Below, piece after piece: positions 35,517 to 37,867 of a DNA stretch of 37,867 bases (position 1 is its first letter; every line of letters begins with the position of its first letter). The notes under the pieces are model-generated. The model was not told the DNA's origin. It saw only the letters and a list, made by a program, of their open reading frames with translations, and did no database searches. A program made the position numbers and the translations under genes. Source of the stretch: an uncultured Vicinamibacteraceae bacterium (lineage in GTDB: Bacteria; Acidobacteriota; Vicinamibacteria; Vicinamibacterales; UBA8438); NCBI GenBank assembly GCA_964348425.1, contig CAYGCV010000003.1, forward strand, positions 1 to 37,867, given 5' to 3'.

Positions 35517-37760
35517 ATGCGTCAGTCGCCAGCTTCAAGCAGACGGGGCTGCGCCCCGAACCCCCAGCGTCCGCTTGCGGGGACCCCTGCGCTCCGCGCC
35601 GTTGCCGCCGAGGCGCGCTGTGCGCGCCTTGCGGAGGCTGCACTCGGCCCGCGGCGCAGGCTCCTGGCCGTGACATTCGCGCTGCTCGCCTGCGGAGCGG
35701 CCGCGCAGCCTGCCGGCGCGCAGGAAGGGCCGTGGCAGACCTACGACACCTCCGGCGGCGAGTGGCGCAGCTACGCCGGGAGCATCGGCGGGCAGAAGTA
35801 CTCGCCCCTGGATCAGATCGACGCGAGCAACTTCGCGGATCTCGAGATCGCGTGGGAGTGGCTCTCCGTCGACCGGCGCATCAGCCGTTCGACACCGGGG
35901 GGCGGCGAGTGGTCGGCGCCGCTCGACACCGTCGTCGACACGCTGGTCGCGGACACGCCGGACCTCTACCGCACCGGCCACCGGCCGCTGTCCTCGCGCC
36001 TGCAGGCGACGCCGCTGATGGTGAACGGCACCCTCTACTTCAACACGCCGCTGTCGCAGGGCGTCGCGGTCGACGCGACCACCGGCGAGACGCTCTGGGT
36101 GTTCAACCCCAAAGCCTACGAAGAGGGCACGCCGACGATGAGCAACCCGTGGACGCAGCGCGGCGTCGCCTACTGGACCGACGGGGCGGGGGACGAGCGG
36201 ATCTTCTGGGGCACCGGCAACGGCTACCTCGTCTGCGTGCGGGCGGAGACCGGACAGCCCTGCCCCGACTTCGGCCCGGACGGCAGCGGCATGGTCGACG
36301 CGATGGCCGGCCTGCCGCGGGCTGACCGCGCGGAGCGCGACTACCTCAACGCCATGCTGTTCGGGATCCACTCGCCGCCGATCGTCGTCCGCGACCGGGT
36401 GATCCACGGCTCGCAGGTCGCCGACCGCCGCATCACGAAGGAGGCGGTGCCCGGCTGGGTCCGCGCCTGGGACGTGCGCACCGGCGCGCACGCCTGGGAC
36501 TTCCATACCGTGCCCAACGGCACGGACGAGTTCGGCGTCGACACCTGGCTGAACGAGTCGTGGCGCTATTCGGGCAACGCCAACGTCTGGTCGATGCTGG
36601 CCGGCGACAACGAGCTGGGCCACGTGTACCTGCCGACCGGCACGACGACCAACGACTACTACGGCATCGATCGGCCGGGGGACAACCTGTTCTCGGAGAC
36701 GCTGATCGCGGTCGACGTGGAGACCGGGCAGCGGGTCTGGCACTTCCAGGCCGTGCACCACGGGCTGTGGGACTACGACTTCGCGACCCATCCCAACCTG
36801 GTGGACATCACGGTGGACGGCCGCCCCGTCAGGGCGCTCGCGCAGGTGAGCAAGCAGGGGTTCGTCTACGTCTTCGACCGCGTGACGGGGGAGCCCGTCT
36901 GGCCGATCGAGGAGCGGCCCGTCCCGCAGGGCTCCAACATGCCGGGCGAGGTGCTGTCGCCCACCCAGCCGTTCCCGACGAAGCCGGCGCCGTTCGACTA
37001 CCAGGGCGTGACGGTCGACGACCTGGTCGACTTCACGCCGGAGATCCGCCAGATGGCGCTCGCCGCGGTCGAGGGCTTCCGGCTGGGACCGTTGTTCACG
37101 CCGCTGGACCGGCCGATCGAGGGCGTCACGAACGGCACCCTCATGCGCCCGCCGCCGGGCGGCACGGCGGGCTGGTCCGGGGCCGCCGTCGACCCCGAGA
37201 CCGGGATGCTCTACGTCCCGTCACGCAACCAGACGGCGGTCGTCTCCCTCTATCAGCCCGATCCGGCGCTGGGCGCGACCGTCAGCTACACCCACGGGGC
37301 GCCGGAGGCGGACCGCCTCGCGCGCGGCGGCAACATCCGTCGCGAGCCGCAGATGCCCCAGGGGCTGCCGCTCGTCAAGCCGCCCTACTCGCGCATGACG
37401 GCCATCGACCTCAACACCGGCGAGCACGCCTGGTGGGTGCCGACCGGCAGCGGCGACCGCTACCGCAACCACCCGCTGCTGCGCGATCTCGACCTGCCGC
37501 CCCTCGGCGGGGACAACGCCATCAACGGGCCGCTGCTGACCTCGACCCTGCTCGTCTACTGCCTGACGACCGGCGGGACGAACGGCGGCCCGCGGCTGGT
37601 CGCCTACGACAAGACGGACGGCACGGAGCTCGCGTCGGTGGATCTTCCCTCCGGCGCCATCGGGACGCCGCTGACCTACCTGGCCGACGGCCGGCAGTCC
37701 ATCGCGCTCACGGTCGGCAACGGCCCGCGGCTGATCGCCTTCGCGCTGCCCGCCGACTGA
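35517..37760 (+). CDS. PQQ-dependent dehydrogenase (glucose/quinate type), secreted
   Basis: SD GGAGG before ATG 35517; EWRSYAG...KYSPLDQI, QATPLMVNG, RGVAYW, PGWVRAWDVRTG, YLPTG, WHFQAVHHGLWDYD, SKQG, WPIEERPVP, SPTQPFPTKP, KPPYSRMTAIDL. Confidence 0.92.
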   Translation: MRQSPASSRRGCAPNPQRPLAGTPALRAVAAEARCARLAEAALGPRRRLLAVTFALLACGAAAQPAGAQEGPWQTYDTSGGEWRSYAGSIGGQKYSPLDQIDASNFADLEIAWEWLSVDRRISRSTPGGGEWSAPLDTVVDTLVADTPDLYRTGHRPLSSRLQATPLMVNGTLYFNTPLSQGVAVDATTGETLWVFNPKAYEEGTPTMSNPWTQRGVAYWTDGAGDERIFWGTGNGYLVCVRAETGQPCPDFGPDGSGMVDAMAGLPRADRAERDYLNAMLFGIHSPPIVVRDRVIHGSQVADRRITKEAVPGWVRAWDVRTGAHAWDFHTVPNGTDEFGVDTWLNESWRYSGNANVWSMLAGDNELGHVYLPTGTTTNDYYGIDRPGDNLFSETLIAVDVETGQRVWHFQAVHHGLWDYDFATHPNLVDITVDGRPVRALAQVSKQGFVYVFDRVTGEPVWPIEERPVPQGSNMPGEVLSPTQPFPTKPAPFDYQGVTVDDLVDFTPEIRQMALAAVEGFRLGPLFTPLDRPIEGVTNGTLMRPPPGGTAGWSGAAVDPETGMLYVPSRNQTAVVSLYQPDPALGATVSYTHGAPEADRLARGGNIRREPQMPQGLPLVKPPYSRMTAIDLNTGEHAWWVPTGSGDRYRNHPLLRDLDLPPLGGDNAINGPLLTSTLLVYCLTTGGTNGGPRLVAYDKTDGTELASVDLPSGAIGTPLTYLADGRQSIALTVGNGPRLIAFALPAD
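35543..35632 (-). repeat. 90-bp REP-like repeat, copy 2 (inverted, within the 5' end of the PQQ dehydrogenase ORF)
   Basis: Reverse complement GCAAGGCGCGCACAGCGCGCCTCGGCGGCAACGGCGCGGAGCGCAGGGGTCCCCGCAAGCGGACGCTGGGGGTTCGGGGCGCAGCCCCGT matches copies 1 and 3 without gaps. Confidence 0.9.
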
Positions 37761-37777
37761 GCCCGCGCACGCCGGCC

Positions 37778-37867
37778 GCAAGGCGCGCACGGCGCGCCTT
37801 GGCGGGAGCGGCGCGGGGCGAAGGGGCCCCCGCAAGCGGACGCCGGGGGTCCGGGGCGCAGCCCCGT
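37778..37867 (+). repeat. 90-bp REP-like repeat, copy 3 (just downstream of the PQQ dehydrogenase stop; reaches the window end)
   Basis: GCAAGGCGCGCACGGCGCGCCTT...CCCCGCAAGCGGACGCCGGGGGTCCGGGGCGCAGCCCCGT. Confidence 0.9.

Noticed and set aside
15001-37867. 90-bp repeats as a CRISPR array or IS ends
   Set aside because: Copies are dispersed and too long, with no spacers, cas genes or transposase in the window.

Overview
GC-rich bacterial chromosome segment. The gene content (DUF1592/DUF1552 cytochrome-type genes, PQQ beta-propeller proteins, a ...YACHEGNY secreted protein, an RRM protein, several PIN-family TA pairs) suggests Acidobacteriota, Vicinamibacterales-like; this is inference. It has about 40 CDSs or CDS remnants: housekeeping/metabolic genes (trxA, serC, bcp, a selD fusion, an OSBS/NSAR + GNAT pair, aquaporin, radical SAM, M23 peptidase, PQQ dehydrogenase), three PIN-toxin loci and several decayed genes. 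I saw no tRNA, rRNA, CRISPR array or transposase. The best candidate for an undescribed system is the lower-GC locus at 20758-22373. Its first gene encodes a 409-aa protein that seems to combine an HhH-GPD DNA-glycosylase-like domain lacking the catalytic Asp, a HEPN-type RNase motif (RNKAIH) and a C-terminal antitoxin-like tail, and it is translationally coupled to a VapC/PIN toxin. Other notable points: (1) a 90-bp multi-hairpin repeat in three copies, one lying in frame inside the signal-peptide region of the PQQ dehydrogenase and forming an inverted pair with the copy just after its stop; (2) an in-frame DUF1592-DUF1552 fusion at a P-N microhomology; (3) a second antitoxin with an extra N-terminal domain; (4) a PLP enzyme coupled to the oxidoreductase-SelD fusion. 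All family assignments are from motif recognition by eye, not from database searches.
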